Shown here: piece after piece, positions 9,203 to 18,824 of the stretch
Position numbering within the stretch: position 1 is the first letter of the stretch
Layout of the letters: each line of letters starts with the position of its first letter
DNA from: Candidatus Eiseniibacteriota bacterium
GTDB lineage: Bacteria > Eisenbacteria > RBG-16-71-46
Assembly (NCBI GenBank): GCA_031370785.1
Contig: JANMQY010000124.1
Location: 1 to 38,366, forward strand
Direction: 5' to 3'
DNA: 38,366 nt
Position numbers and translations under genes: made by a program
The notes under the pieces: model-generated
What the model was told of the DNA's origin: nothing
Database searches by the model: none
Seen by the model: the letters and a program-made list of their open reading frames with translations, nothing else

Positions 9203-9541
9203 TCAGATCGCCTCGTCGCCCGACTGACGGCTGCGAATGCTGACAACAGTCTCAACCTCGACCACGAATACTTTGCCATCTCCCTTGCGGCCGGTGTGGG
9301 CCCCGCGCACGAGCGCTTCGACGAGGCCTTCCGCGTCGAGATCACGGCACAGGATCTCGAGCTTCACCTTGGGCGTGAAGTCGACTGCATAGTCGGACGC
9401 ATGGTGCGGATAACTCTCGTCCTTCTCGCGTCCGAATCCTCTCACGTCCGAGACCGTAACCCCATGAACATGGACTTCGCGCAGCTCGTGGAGCACGCGG
9501 GTCAGCATGAATGGCTGAATGTACGCTTCGACTCGCTTCAT
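9203..9541 (-). CDS. P-II family protein (czc-associated type)
   Basis: MKRVEAYIQPF...GVTVSDVRGFGR...PKVKLEI...AHTGRKGDGKVFV.....IR, 112 aa from the ATG at 9541; the ORF-track N-terminal extension is a shadow of the RND gene. Confidence 0.92.
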   Translation of the reverse strand: MKRVEAYIQPFMLTRVLHELREVHVHGVTVSDVRGFGREKDESYPHHASDYAVDFTPKVKLEILCRDLDAEGLVEALVRGAHTGRKGDGKVFVVEVETVVSIRSRQSGDEAI

Positions 9542-9552
9542 CGGTGACTCCG

Positions 9553-12500
9553 CTAGATCTCCACGTCCCGCCGTTCGAGCCAACGGTAGAGGATGGGGAG
9601 CAGGAAAAGGGTCAGGAGTGTGGAAGTGACGAGCCCGCCGACGACCACCGAAGCCAGCGGGCGCTGGATCTCGGAGCCGGGGCCGCTCGCGATCAACAAC
9701 GGGATGAGGCCCAGCCCTCCGACGAGCGCGGTCATCAACACTGGTCGCAGGCGCAGCTCGCCACCGCGCAGGATGGCGTCTTGAAGCGTCGCTCCCTCCC
9801 GGCGGAGCTGGTTGAAGTACGAAACCATCACCACGCCATTCAGAACTGCCACACCGAAGAGGGCGATGAACCCCACCGATGCGGCGACGCTGAGATTCTG
9901 TCCGGAGATGAAGAGTCCAATCACCCCGCCGATCAGTGCGAACGGGATGTTCAGCACGATCAGCACAGCGTTGCGAAGGGATCCGAAGCTCGTGAACAGC
10001 AACAGGAAGATCAGCAGCACGACCAGCGGTACGACGATCGACAGCCGCGCCATGGCGCGTTGCTGATTCTCGAACTGGCCGCCCCAGGTGACGAAGTACC
10101 CGGTCGGAAACGTGACTTCGCGGTTGACAGCCCTCTGGGCCTCCGCGACGAACGAGCCCATGTCCCTCCCGGTGACGTTGCATTCGATGACGATTCGCCG
10201 TTGGCCACTCTCTCGGCTCACCTGGGCAGGGCCCTCGACGACTCGGATGTGCGCGAGCTGGCTGAGCGGCACACGCTGGCCCTCCTCGGTCGTCACCAAC
10301 AGGTCCTGGAGATGAGTGGGGTCGGAGCGAACCAGTTCCGAGAACTTCACGACGACCGCGAAGCTCCGCTGCCCTTCGCGCAGCACCGTCGCCTCGCTGC
10401 CGCCGATGGCGGTCTCGATGATGGTCTGGATATCGGCCACATTGATCCCATAACGGGCGATGCGCTCGCGGTCGATGTCGACCTCGAGGTACGCCGTGCC
10501 GGCGATTCGTTCGAGATTCACGTCGGCGGCGCCGCGAACCTGTCGTATGACGCGCTCGACCGCTTCGCCCTTCTCGAGCAGTATATCGAGATCGTCACCG
10601 AAGATCTTGATCGCCACCTGCGCCTTGACTCCCGAGACGAGCTCGTCCACACGTAGCTGGATGGGCTGCGAGAAGCTGTAGGACATTCCAGGGATGGTCT
10701 CGAGGCGCGCGCGGATCTTCTCCACGAGTTGCTCGCCCGTTTTCGCGGTTTTCCATTCCGATCGCGGGCGCAGGTTTGCGATCACGTCGCTGACCTCGAG
10801 CCCCTCCGGATCGGCCGCGATGTCGGCACGCCCGGTCTTCGAGACCACCGTTGTGATCTCGGGGAACGAGCGGAGGACGCGCTCGACCTCCAGCTCCATC
10901 TGCCTGGAACTCGAGAGCGAGACGCTCGGCAGCCGGAACGTCTGCAGTCCGATCGCACCCTCGTCGAGCGGGGGCATGAACTCTCGGCCGAGCCGCGTGA
11001 ACAGGAGGCCGCTCACGACGAGCCCGCCCAGAGCGAGAGCCACTGGCACCTGCCAGCGCTCGAGGCACCAGCGCAACGCCGGTAGGTAGAGTCGCTTGGC
11101 ACGCGCGACGAGCCAGGTGTCGCGCTCGGAGAGCCGTCCCTTGAGCAGGAATGTCGACAGCACCGGAACAAGCGTCAATGAGAGCACGAGAGAGCCGGCC
11201 AGCGCCGTCGCGATGGTGAAGGCGAGCGGCGCGAACATCTTGCCCTCGAAGCCCTCGAGCGTGAAGAGCGGCAGGAACACCACGGTGATGATCGAGATGC
11301 CGAACACGATCGGCCGCGCGACCTCCAGAGCGCTCTCCCGCACGGCCTCCACGATATTGCTCTTGCCTTGATCCTCGGCCAGATGTCGGAAGATGTTCTC
11401 GGTCATAACCACCGCGCCATCGACGATCATGCCGATGCCGATCGCGAGCCCTCCGAGGGACATAAGATTGGCGGAGTAACCGAAGGCGTTGAGCAGGATG
11501 AAGGCGACCAGTGCCGAAAGCGGCAGCACAAGCGTCACGATCAGCGCGCTGCGAAGGTTGCCGAGGAACAGGATGAGGACCACCAGCACCAGCACCCCAC
11601 CCTCGAGGAGGGCTTTCGTCACGGTGTGCATCGCGCGATCCACAAGCTCGGTGCGATCGTAGAAGGGTACGACCCGGACGTCCTTCGGAAGCGCCTTGTG
11701 GACGGTGGCGAGCTTCTCTTTGACTGCAGCCACCACGTCCCTCCCGCTCGCGCCTTTCAGCATCAGGACGATGCCCGCCACCGCTTCGCCCTTGCCGTCG
11801 CGAGTGACGAGGCCCTGCCTCGGCTCCGCGCCGATCTTCACGTCGGCGATGTCGCGCACGAAGATCGGCGTGCCGCCGCGGTGCGCGACGACGATCCGGC
11901 CGAGGTCTTCGGCGGACTTCGCGAGCCCGAGGCCACGGACGACGTACTGCTCGCCGCTGTGCTCGATGTATCCGCCGCTCGCATTGGCATTGTTCTCGGC
12001 CAGTGCTTCGAGCACCTGGCGCAGCGTCAGGCGAAAGCTCGTCAGTTTTTCGGGGTGCACGAGGACCTGGTACTGCCTCACCAGCCCACCGAAACTGTTG
12101 ACATCGGTCACGCCCGGTACGCCACGAAGGATCGGCCGCACCACCCAATCCTGAAGGGTGCGCAGTTCCATGGCATCCCGGCGGGGGCTCTCGAGCGTGT
12201 ACTGGTAGATCTCGCCGAGCCCGGTCGAAATGGGCCCCATCTCGACATTCACCCCCGGTGGCAGCTTCTCGCGTGCCTGCTGGAGTCGCTCGAAGACGAG
12301 CTGGCGCGCGAAGTAGGTATTGACGTTGTCCTTGAACACGACAGTGACAACCGAGAGGCCGAGCTTCGATTTCGAGCGGACCTGCGTGAGCCCGGGCAGA
12401 CCGCCCATGCTCACCTCGATCGGATAGGTCACGAGCTGTTCCACCTCGACCGGGGCCATGCCGGAAGCCTCGGCAAGGATCTGAACCTGAACATTCGTGA

Positions 12501-12621
12501 CATCGGGAAACGCATCGATCGGAAGCTGCGTGACGGAGTGGACGCCGAAACCAATCAACGCGATGCAGGCGAGAATGACGAGCAAACGCTGGCGCAGAGC
12601 AAGAGTGACGAGGCGGTCCAT
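9553..12621 (-). CDS. CusA/CzcA family heavy-metal efflux RND permease (module 1)
   Basis: LPIDAFPDVTNVQV, TM4 GGLAIGIGMIVDGAVVMTEN, RLRPVLMTA and GSEIQRPLA; ATG at 12621 with GAGGAG SD. Confidence 0.95.
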   Translation of the reverse strand: MDRLVTLALRQRLLVILACIALIGFGVHSVTQLPIDAFPDVTNVQVQILAEASGMAPVEVEQLVTYPIEVSMGGLPGLTQVRSKSKLGLSVVTVVFKDNVNTYFARQLVFERLQQAREKLPPGVNVEMGPISTGLGEIYQYTLESPRRDAMELRTLQDWVVRPILRGVPGVTDVNSFGGLVRQYQVLVHPEKLTSFRLTLRQVLEALAENNANASGGYIEHSGEQYVVRGLGLAKSAEDLGRIVVAHRGGTPIFVRDIADVKIGAEPRQGLVTRDGKGEAVAGIVLMLKGASGRDVVAAVKEKLATVHKALPKDVRVVPFYDRTELVDRAMHTVTKALLEGGVLVLVVLILFLGNLRSALIVTLVLPLSALVAFILLNAFGYSANLMSLGGLAIGIGMIVDGAVVMTENIFRHLAEDQGKSNIVEAVRESALEVARPIVFGISIITVVFLPLFTLEGFEGKMFAPLAFTIATALAGSLVLSLTLVPVLSTFLLKGRLSERDTWLVARAKRLYLPALRWCLERWQVPVALALGGLVVSGLLFTRLGREFMPPLDEGAIGLQTFRLPSVSLSSSRQMELEVERVLRSFPEITTVVSKTGRADIAADPEGLEVSDVIANLRPRSEWKTAKTGEQLVEKIRARLETIPGMSYSFSQPIQLRVDELVSGVKAQVAIKIFGDDLDILLEKGEAVERVIRQVRGAADVNLERIAGTAYLEVDIDRERIARYGINVADIQTIIETAIGGSEATVLREGQRSFAVVVKFSELVRSDPTHLQDLLVTTEEGQRVPLSQLAHIRVVEGPAQVSRESGQRRIVIECNVTGRDMGSFVAEAQRAVNREVTFPTGYFVTWGGQFENQQRAMARLSIVVPLVVLLIFLLLFTSFGSLRNAVLIVLNIPFALIGGVIGLFISGQNLSVAASVGFIALFGVAVLNGVVMVSYFNQLRREGATLQDAILRGGELRLRPVLMTALVGGLGLIPLLIASGPGSEIQRPLASVVVGGLVTSTLLTLFLLPILYRWLERRDVEI

Positions 12622-12625
12622 GCGA

Positions 12626-13738
12626 TCACTCCTCGCCCAACTGGCTCTTGGATGCCTGCGACTTGAGCAGGAACCCGCCGCGGGTCGCGACGCGCTCTCC
12701 CGGGCGGATGCCGCTGAGAATCTCGGCGCGATTCCCGCCCAGCGACCTGACTTCAACCGGCCGGACCACGAACGTGGAGTCCGTGAGGGCGACGTACATG
12801 ACCTTGAGATCACCCTGCGACTGGACGGCGGCTTCATCGACCACAAGGGCGCTCCGCGTCGAGCCGGTGGCGATGCGGGCCGAAACGAACATGCCGGGCC
12901 TGAGTTTGAGGCCAGGATTCATCAGTTCGAGGCGGACATCGAGCGTGCGAGTCGCCTCCTTGATCGAGCCTTCGAGACTGACGACGCGGCCGCGGAAGAC
13001 GAGGTTCGGGAATGCCGTGGTGCTGAGCGCGGCGGCCTGTCCAACGTGCAGCCGGCCGAGGTCACGCTCGTAGGCATCCACCACCGCCCAGACCTCACTG
13101 AGGTCGACGATGCCGAACAGGTCAGTTCCTGCCGCAACCTGACGACCAACACTGGCCTCGACCTCGGTCACGACTCCCGAGATCGGGCTGCGCATTGGCA
13201 GGGTGGGAATCGCCTCGTGGGTGCGATCGAGTCGATCGAGGTCCTCGGCCCCCGCGCCCAGAAGCTCCAGTCGCTGGCGGGCGGAGCGCGCGACGCTCTG
13301 GAACGCGGTGACATCGCCACCGACCGCTTCGGTGCGCGCGTGGGCGAGCAGATAATCGCCCTCCGCCGCCGAGAACTCCGGGCTGTAGAGCGTGGCCAGC
13401 ACCTGGTTGCGGGTGACGTGGTCGCCGATCACGGGTTTGACAGCCTGGATCGTGCCCGACACGCGCGTCGAGACGTGAGCGATATTGAGCGGCTTGGGCT
13501 GGATCTGCCCGCTGACGACGACGGTGTCCGCGAGTGGCTGCTTGATCAAGGTCTCCACGCGGACCTCACCGCTGGACAGGCTCGCGGCGGGGACGTGGAT
13601 GATCGAGTCGGGCGCCGCGGCCGCCGCGGGAGTTTCCTGCTTGGCTGCCCCGCAACTGACAACGGCAAGCTGGCCGAGGAACAGGACGAACAGCAGTAGA
13701 CGACGTGTCCTAGAGTAAGTTCGCATGTCGGTGTTCAC
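12626..13738 (-). CDS. RND efflux periplasmic adaptor (CzcB-like MFP), probable lipoprotein
   Basis: Lipobox-like VVSC; LYSPE, SPISGVV, DLSEVW, TRT..VR and LRPGMF motifs; lies between the OMF and RND genes. Confidence 0.92.
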   Translation of the reverse strand: MNTDMRTYSRTRRLLLFVLFLGQLAVVSCGAAKQETPAAAAAPDSIIHVPAASLSSGEVRVETLIKQPLADTVVVSGQIQPKPLNIAHVSTRVSGTIQAVKPVIGDHVTRNQVLATLYSPEFSAAEGDYLLAHARTEAVGGDVTAFQSVARSARQRLELLGAGAEDLDRLDRTHEAIPTLPMRSPISGVVTEVEASVGRQVAAGTDLFGIVDLSEVWAVVDAYERDLGRLHVGQAAALSTTAFPNLVFRGRVVSLEGSIKEATRTLDVRLELMNPGLKLRPGMFVSARIATGSTRSALVVDEAAVQSQGDLKVMYVALTDSTFVVRPVEVRSLGGNRAEILSGIRPGERVATRGGFLLKSQASKSQLGEE

Positions 13739-14997
13739 TCCGCGACCGCGAGGTCGGTCAGGGCAAGTTCGTAGTTGAGCAGCGCCCGGATGTGTTCGAG
13801 TTCGATCGAGCGGAAGGTCCGCAGGGTCTCGAACAGCTCGAGCCCGGTGATCTGACCGGCCTGGTAGTTCTGGATGGCGGTCCGGAACGCATCAGAGGCA
13901 TCGCTGAGCAGCACGCGGTCGAACTGTTGTACCTGTCGCTCCGCGCTGCGGGCGGATTCGAAGGCGTTGCGCAACGCCAAGTCCACCTCCCGTTCCACCA
14001 CCTCGAGTCGCGCTTGCGCGCTTCCCCGCGTAGCGCGCGCCTCGCTGATCCGCGCTCGCCGATCGGTCCACGGCGCGAACGGCAGGGAGAAAGAGATCTC
14101 GCCGCCCATGCCCGAGCGGTCGGAGCCCGGCACTCGGTCCAGCCCCGCGCTGATGGAGGTGAATGGCAGCATTCCGTTTCGGGCGAGCGCCACCTGTGCC
14201 CCGCCGCGCTCGACCTCGAGCCGGGTCGCTCGCAGGCGAGGACGGGACGCCATGGCCTGCCGTAAGACCGACTCGAGGCTGTCGGAGAGCGGCATGTAGG
14301 TCAGGGAATCCGCGGCCTCCAAAGGCTCGGCGGGGGCGCGAGCCATGAGAGCCTTGAGCGTGTTCCGGTCCTCTCGAAATGCACGCTCGGCCTCGACGGC
14401 ATCGTTTTCGATCCGGATGCGTTCCGACCGGGCACGCAACACATCAAGGTACCGGGCACCGCCGGTGCGAAGCCGCGTGCTGACCATCTGCTCCAGATCT
14501 GCGGCGGTCTTGCGCAGGGTCTCGAGCGTGCGGATGCTGATGGCATCGGCCTGCAGGCGTCGGTAGGCACGGGTGACGTCGCCACGTAGCTTGAGCCCGA
14601 AGGATTCGCGATTCGCCTCGGCGATGGCGACGTCGATGCGGGCAACCGCTTTCGCGCGCCCCCGCCCTCCAGGCGCGCCCAGATCCTGAGACAGGCGAAC
14701 GGCGGCGTCATGTTCCTCGCCGCTCACCGGCGTGCCGAGCTTGCCGGCCTGGTAGCTCAGGCTCGGGGCCTCGAAGGCGCCCGCCTGGCGGAGTCTGGCC
14801 CTTGCGGCCTCGAGCTCTCCGTCGGCTATGCGGAGTCCGGGGTTGCTCTTGAGCGCAAGGGCAACGCACGAATCAAGGGTCAGCGATTGTGCGTGTGCAG
14901 GGCCCGGCGCGATGACCAGCCACGTCGAGACTCCGAACGCGGCGATCGCGAGCGACGAACGCCGCAACCGACAGATGGCATGGAACGACTGATTCAA
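13735..14997 (-). CDS. TolC/CzcC family outer-membrane efflux protein (module 1)
   Basis: AHA signal cleavage site, two OEP repeats (ALKSNP.L, ASRPRL, YQAGQI..LE). Start chosen as TTG 14997 because a GGAGGA SD precedes it; the ORF track gives 15039. Confidence 0.88.
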   Translation of the reverse strand: MNQSFHAICRLRRSSLAIAAFGVSTWLVIAPGPAHAQSLTLDSCVALALKSNPGLRIADGELEAARARLRQAGAFEAPSLSYQAGKLGTPVSGEEHDAAVRLSQDLGAPGGRGRAKAVARIDVAIAEANRESFGLKLRGDVTRAYRRLQADAISIRTLETLRKTAADLEQMVSTRLRTGGARYLDVLRARSERIRIENDAVEAERAFREDRNTLKALMARAPAEPLEAADSLTYMPLSDSLESVLRQAMASRPRLRATRLEVERGGAQVALARNGMLPFTSISAGLDRVPGSDRSGMGGEISFSLPFAPWTDRRARISEARATRGSAQARLEVVEREVDLALRNAFESARSAERQVQQFDRVLLSDASDAFRTAIQNYQAGQITGLELFETLRTFRSIELEHIRALLNYELALTDLAVAE

Positions 14998-15006
14998 GGG
15001 AACACT

Positions 15007-15087
15007 CCTCCGCTGGGCGAGTAGAAGGCTCGGCCTCAATACGAACGACCGCGAGGACCTGTCGGTCTCGCGGCCGCACAGCGGAGG
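15007..15087 (-). promoter_or_regulatory. SD-sequestering stem between leader 1 and OMF gene
   Basis: mRNA CCUCCGCUG(u)GCG (15087-15075) is complementary to CGC(c)CAGCGGAGG (15019-15007), which contains most of the GGAGGA SD. Confidence 0.75.
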
Positions 15088-15090
15088 GGA

Positions 15091-15513
15091 TCAGTTGCGG
15101 AGGATGGTCTTCCTGGAAGGGGCGAACGACGAGCGCGAGTCCCGTTCGGGCGCCAGAGGCGCCTCGTTCAGGGCCGCCGGCGACTGGATCGCAGCAACGA
15201 CCGTGGGGATTGGAGGCGCCATCTCCAGGGCAGTACTCAGGGCGTAGCCACGACCACGCAGGCGGAGCGCGCTCCCAGCAATGGGGATGTCGACGCATTC
15301 GCCACAGCAATCGGACCCGATCTGAGACGCAGCAGGCTCAACGGCGTCGTTCACGGTGGGCGCGTACTGGACGCAAACATTCTGCCCGGCCTCAATGGTC
15401 AGGTGTCCGTTGGGGGCGAGACAAAGCACGGCCTGGCTCGCCCGAACCGGGAGTCCGGCGAGCGTCATGAGCGCCAGGTAACAGCAGATCGTCAGCCGAA
15501 CAGGAGAGCGCAT
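15091..15513 (-). CDS. Small exported Cys-rich leader protein 1 (140 aa, ends TILRN)
   Basis: MRSPVRLTICCYLALMTLAGLPVRA signal-like start; VLCLAPNGH, DCCGECVD; Pro/Ala-rich tail. It fills the gap between two operons and has its own promoter-like boxes. Confidence 0.8.
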   Translation of the reverse strand: MRSPVRLTICCYLALMTLAGLPVRASQAVLCLAPNGHLTIEAGQNVCVQYAPTVNDAVEPAASQIGSDCCGECVDIPIAGSALRLRGRGYALSTALEMAPPIPTVVAAIQSPAALNEAPLAPERDSRSSFAPSRKTILRN

Positions 15514-15521
15514 GCGGTGAA

Positions 15522-15551
15522 AAGCTAGTGGGCCACGCCTTGTGCTGTCAA
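15522..15551 (-). promoter_or_regulatory. Sigma70-like promoter of leader 1 (probably leaderless mRNA)
   Basis: TTGACA (15551-15546), 18 nt, TAGCTT (15527-15522), 8 nt, then ATG; no SD. Confidence 0.65.
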
Positions 15552-15617
15552 ACACGTGGACTGACGCCCGCGCCGGCCGATTCCGTCCCCGCAAGGTGAT
15601 TCGAAATGGGTCTCGCA

Positions 15618-18600
15618 TCAAACCGGGCCAGCCCCACGCTCTGGGCTCCTTGTCCTGTGGGTCACAGCATAGAGAGTCGGCAACACGATGAGCGTGAGAA
15701 TCGTCGAGGAAAGAATGCCGCCAATGACGACCGTTGCGAGCGGCCGCTGCACTTCGGCGCCGGCCCCTGTAGCGAGTGCCATCGGAACGAACCCGAGCGC
15801 AGCGACCAGCGCCGTCATGAGAATGGGCCTCAGCCGTCGAGTGCATCCATCCACAACTGCGAGGTCGACCTCCAGTCCGTCCGCGACTCGCTGCCTTACG
15901 AACGACAGCAGCATGACTCCATTGAGGACCGCGACGCCGGAGAGCGCGATGAAGCCGATCCCGGCCGTGATCGAAAACGGCATCTGGCGCATGGCCAACG
16001 CGAGCACACCTCCGGTGAGCGCCAGGGGAACTCCGCTGAAGACAACCAGCGCGTCGCGTAGTGATCCAAATGCGAGGACGAGGAGCGCCAGAATGAGCAC
16101 CAGTGCCATCGGCACCACGATCGCGAGTCGGTTGCGCGCCGTCACGAGGTTCTCGAACTGCCCGCCCCACCCGAGCCAGTAGCCAGCGGGAAGCGGAACC
16201 GATGTATCAATCGTGTGCCGGGTTTCGGCCACGAAGGAGGCGAGGTCCCGTCCGCGGACATTCGCCTGGACCACGACTCGCCGCTTGCCATTTTCGCGAC
16301 TCACCTGATTGGGTCCCTCCTCGAGTCGGATATGCGCCACGGCGTTCAAGGGCACGAACTCGACGCGCTCGTCACGAGAGGCGCCCGCAGCATCGTGTCG
16401 CCCGGGGATTGGTATCGGAAGCATCTCGAGCGCGGCGACATCATGCCTCGCCGGCTCAGGCAGGCGAACGATGATCGGGAAGCGACGATCCCCGGTAAAA
16501 AGCTCTCCCGCCTGTGTACCACTGAGAGCGGTGCGGACCACGTCCTGAACGTCCGCGAGGTTGATTCCGAAGCGTGCCACGGCCTTCCGGTCGATCTCGA
16601 TGGCGAGCGTCGGCAACCCGATCACCTGTTCGACTTTCACGTCGGTGGCCCCCCGCACGGAGCGAACGACACGGGCGATGCGATTCGCAGTCGTGAGCAT
16701 CGTGTCGAGATCGTCGCCGAATACCTTGATGGCGACATCGCTTCGCACCCCGGCGATGAGCTCGTTGAAGCGCATCTGGATCGGTTGCGTGAACTCGTAG
16801 GCGTTCCCCGGGAGCGACGAGAGCCTCCGCTCCATCTCCTCGACTACCTCCCCCTTTGGTTTCTTCGGGTCCGGCCACTGCCGTCGCGGCTTCAGCATCA
16901 CGAAGGTGTCCCCCGTGCTGATCGGCATCGGGTCATTGGCGACTTCGGCCGTGCCCAACCGCGAGAACACCTCACGCACCTCCGGCATGCTTGCGATCGT
17001 GGCCTCGACCTTGTGCTGCATCGCCACGGCTTGATCGACGCTGATTCCGGGCATGCGCACAGGCTGGACCAGGATGTCCTGCTCATCGAGAGTAGGAACG
17101 AACTCGCCGCCAAGACGCGTGGCGAGAGCGATGCACAGCACCAGAAGCGCAGCAGTTCCGGCAAGGATCGACTTGCGGTGGGCAAGTGCCCAGCGCAGCA
17201 CGGGCAAGTAGATATGCCGGACCCAACGCACCACGTGGCTTTCCGCCTCCGCAACGCGCCCGCGAACGATCAGCGCCATCAGCGCCGGCACGAAGGTGAA
17301 GGCGAGCACCAACGCTCCCGCGAGCGCAAAGAGCACGACCTCCGCGAGTGGGCGGAACATTTTGCCCTCAACGCCGGTGAGAGTCAGAATCGGTAGATAG
17401 ACGATCATGATGATTGCGACCCCAAAGAGGGTCGGGCGGGCGACTTCACGGGCGCCGGCATAGCTTTCGTGGAGCCGCTCGGGAAGGGCGAGAACGCGAC
17501 CGAGTTCGTGTTGGCGAAGGCTCAACCGTCGCAGGATGTTCTCGACCATCACCACAGCCCCATCGACAATGATCCCGAAATCAATCGCTCCGAGGCTGAG
17601 AAGATTGGCGCTGACTCGACCCTCAACCATTCCGCTCACTGCCATCAGCATCGAGAGCGGGATGACGAGCGCCACAATCAGCGCGGCGACCCAATTCCCG
17701 AGCAGCACGAAAAGCACCGCGATCACCAGAAGGGCGCCCTCGAGGAGATTCTTACGCACGGTTTCCAGCGTTGCGTCGACGAGATGAGTGCGGTCGTAAA
17801 CCGGCCGCGCCACGACGCCTGGCGGCAACGAACGATTGATCTCCTTCAGTCGCTCTCCGACACTTCTCGCCACCGCCCGGCTGTTCTCGCCGAACAGCAT
17901 GATGGCGGTGCCGATGACGGTCTCCCTCCCGCGGCTGGTAGCCGCGCCGGTGCGAAGCTCCTGTCCCAGCACGACCCTGGCAACATCGCTGACACGGATC
18001 GGCACGCCGCCACGCGTCGCAACCACGACCTGCGCGATGTCGTCGGGAGAGGACAGTCGCCCGTCGGTGTGAACCAGGTACTGCTCGCCCTTGTGCGGCA
18101 GGAATCCAGCTCCGACCGCCTGATTGTTGTGCTCGAGAGAAAGCAGGATATCGTTGAGCGTGAGGCCATAGGCGCGTAGCCGTGCCGGATCGGGTTGAAC
18201 GTCGTATTGCTTGCGGAATCCGCCGATCGTATTGACCTCGGTGACGCCCGGAGTGTTGCGAAGCTGCGGCTTGATGATCCAGTCCTGGATCTCTCGAAGG
18301 TCGGTAGCCGTATAGACAGAACCGTCGGGCTTGCGCGCGTCGGGTGCGGCCTCCACTTCCCACAGGAATATGTCGCCGAGCCCGGTCGCGATCGGACCCA
18401 TCATCGGCTCGGCGATCCCGCGCGGCAGGTTTTCCCGCGCCTCCTGCAGCCGCTCGTTCACGAGCTGTCGGGCGAAGTAGATATTCGTCCCGTCGCGAAA
18501 CACGACGGTGACCTGAGAGAGTCCGTAGCGGGAGAGTGACCGAGCCTCCACCATCCCGGGGAGGCCTGCCATCGCTGTCTCGATGGGAAAGGTGACCTGT

Positions 18601-18824
18601 CGCTCGATGTCGAGCGGAGGCAACCCCTCGACGACAGTGTTGATCTGCACCTGAACGTTGGTGATGTCCGGCACGGCATCGATCGGCAGCCGTCTGAGAT
18701 TGAACAACCCGTAGCTCGCGAGGGCGGCAGTGATGACGACGACCGACCACCGATGAACGATCGAGAAACGAAGCACGCGCTCGAGGAGCGTCTGCGCTTC
18801 CGGCAGGCTGGTATCAGTCTTCAT
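15618..18824 (-). CDS. czcA: CzcA-type divalent-metal efflux RND permease (module 2)
   Basis: LPIDAVPDITNVQVQIN, canonical TM4 GAIDFGIIVDGAVVMVEN, FTQPIQMRFNELIAGVRSD and GAEVQRPLATVV. Confidence 0.95.
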   Translation of the reverse strand: MKTDTSLPEAQTLLERVLRFSIVHRWSVVVITAALASYGLFNLRRLPIDAVPDITNVQVQINTVVEGLPPLDIERQVTFPIETAMAGLPGMVEARSLSRYGLSQVTVVFRDGTNIYFARQLVNERLQEARENLPRGIAEPMMGPIATGLGDIFLWEVEAAPDARKPDGSVYTATDLREIQDWIIKPQLRNTPGVTEVNTIGGFRKQYDVQPDPARLRAYGLTLNDILLSLEHNNQAVGAGFLPHKGEQYLVHTDGRLSSPDDIAQVVVATRGGVPIRVSDVARVVLGQELRTGAATSRGRETVIGTAIMLFGENSRAVARSVGERLKEINRSLPPGVVARPVYDRTHLVDATLETVRKNLLEGALLVIAVLFVLLGNWVAALIVALVIPLSMLMAVSGMVEGRVSANLLSLGAIDFGIIVDGAVVMVENILRRLSLRQHELGRVLALPERLHESYAGAREVARPTLFGVAIIMIVYLPILTLTGVEGKMFRPLAEVVLFALAGALVLAFTFVPALMALIVRGRVAEAESHVVRWVRHIYLPVLRWALAHRKSILAGTAALLVLCIALATRLGGEFVPTLDEQDILVQPVRMPGISVDQAVAMQHKVEATIASMPEVREVFSRLGTAEVANDPMPISTGDTFVMLKPRRQWPDPKKPKGEVVEEMERRLSSLPGNAYEFTQPIQMRFNELIAGVRSDVAIKVFGDDLDTMLTTANRIARVVRSVRGATDVKVEQVIGLPTLAIEIDRKAVARFGINLADVQDVVRTALSGTQAGELFTGDRRFPIIVRLPEPARHDVAALEMLPIPIPGRHDAAGASRDERVEFVPLNAVAHIRLEEGPNQVSRENGKRRVVVQANVRGRDLASFVAETRHTIDTSVPLPAGYWLGWGGQFENLVTARNRLAIVVPMALVLILALLVLAFGSLRDALVVFSGVPLALTGGVLALAMRQMPFSITAGIGFIALSGVAVLNGVMLLSFVRQRVADGLEVDLAVVDGCTRRLRPILMTALVAALGFVPMALATGAGAEVQRPLATVVIGGILSSTILTLIVLPTLYAVTHRTRSPERGAGPV

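Noticed and set aside
9542..10183. N-terminal extensions in the ORF track (326-aa P-II, 359-aa leader 1, 330-aa cupredoxin, 654-aa CusB, 513-aa Lat, 507-aa HI0933)
   Set aside because: They overlap upstream genes in another frame. Internal starts with an SD, promoter or stop-start overlap fit better, so these are not real fusions.
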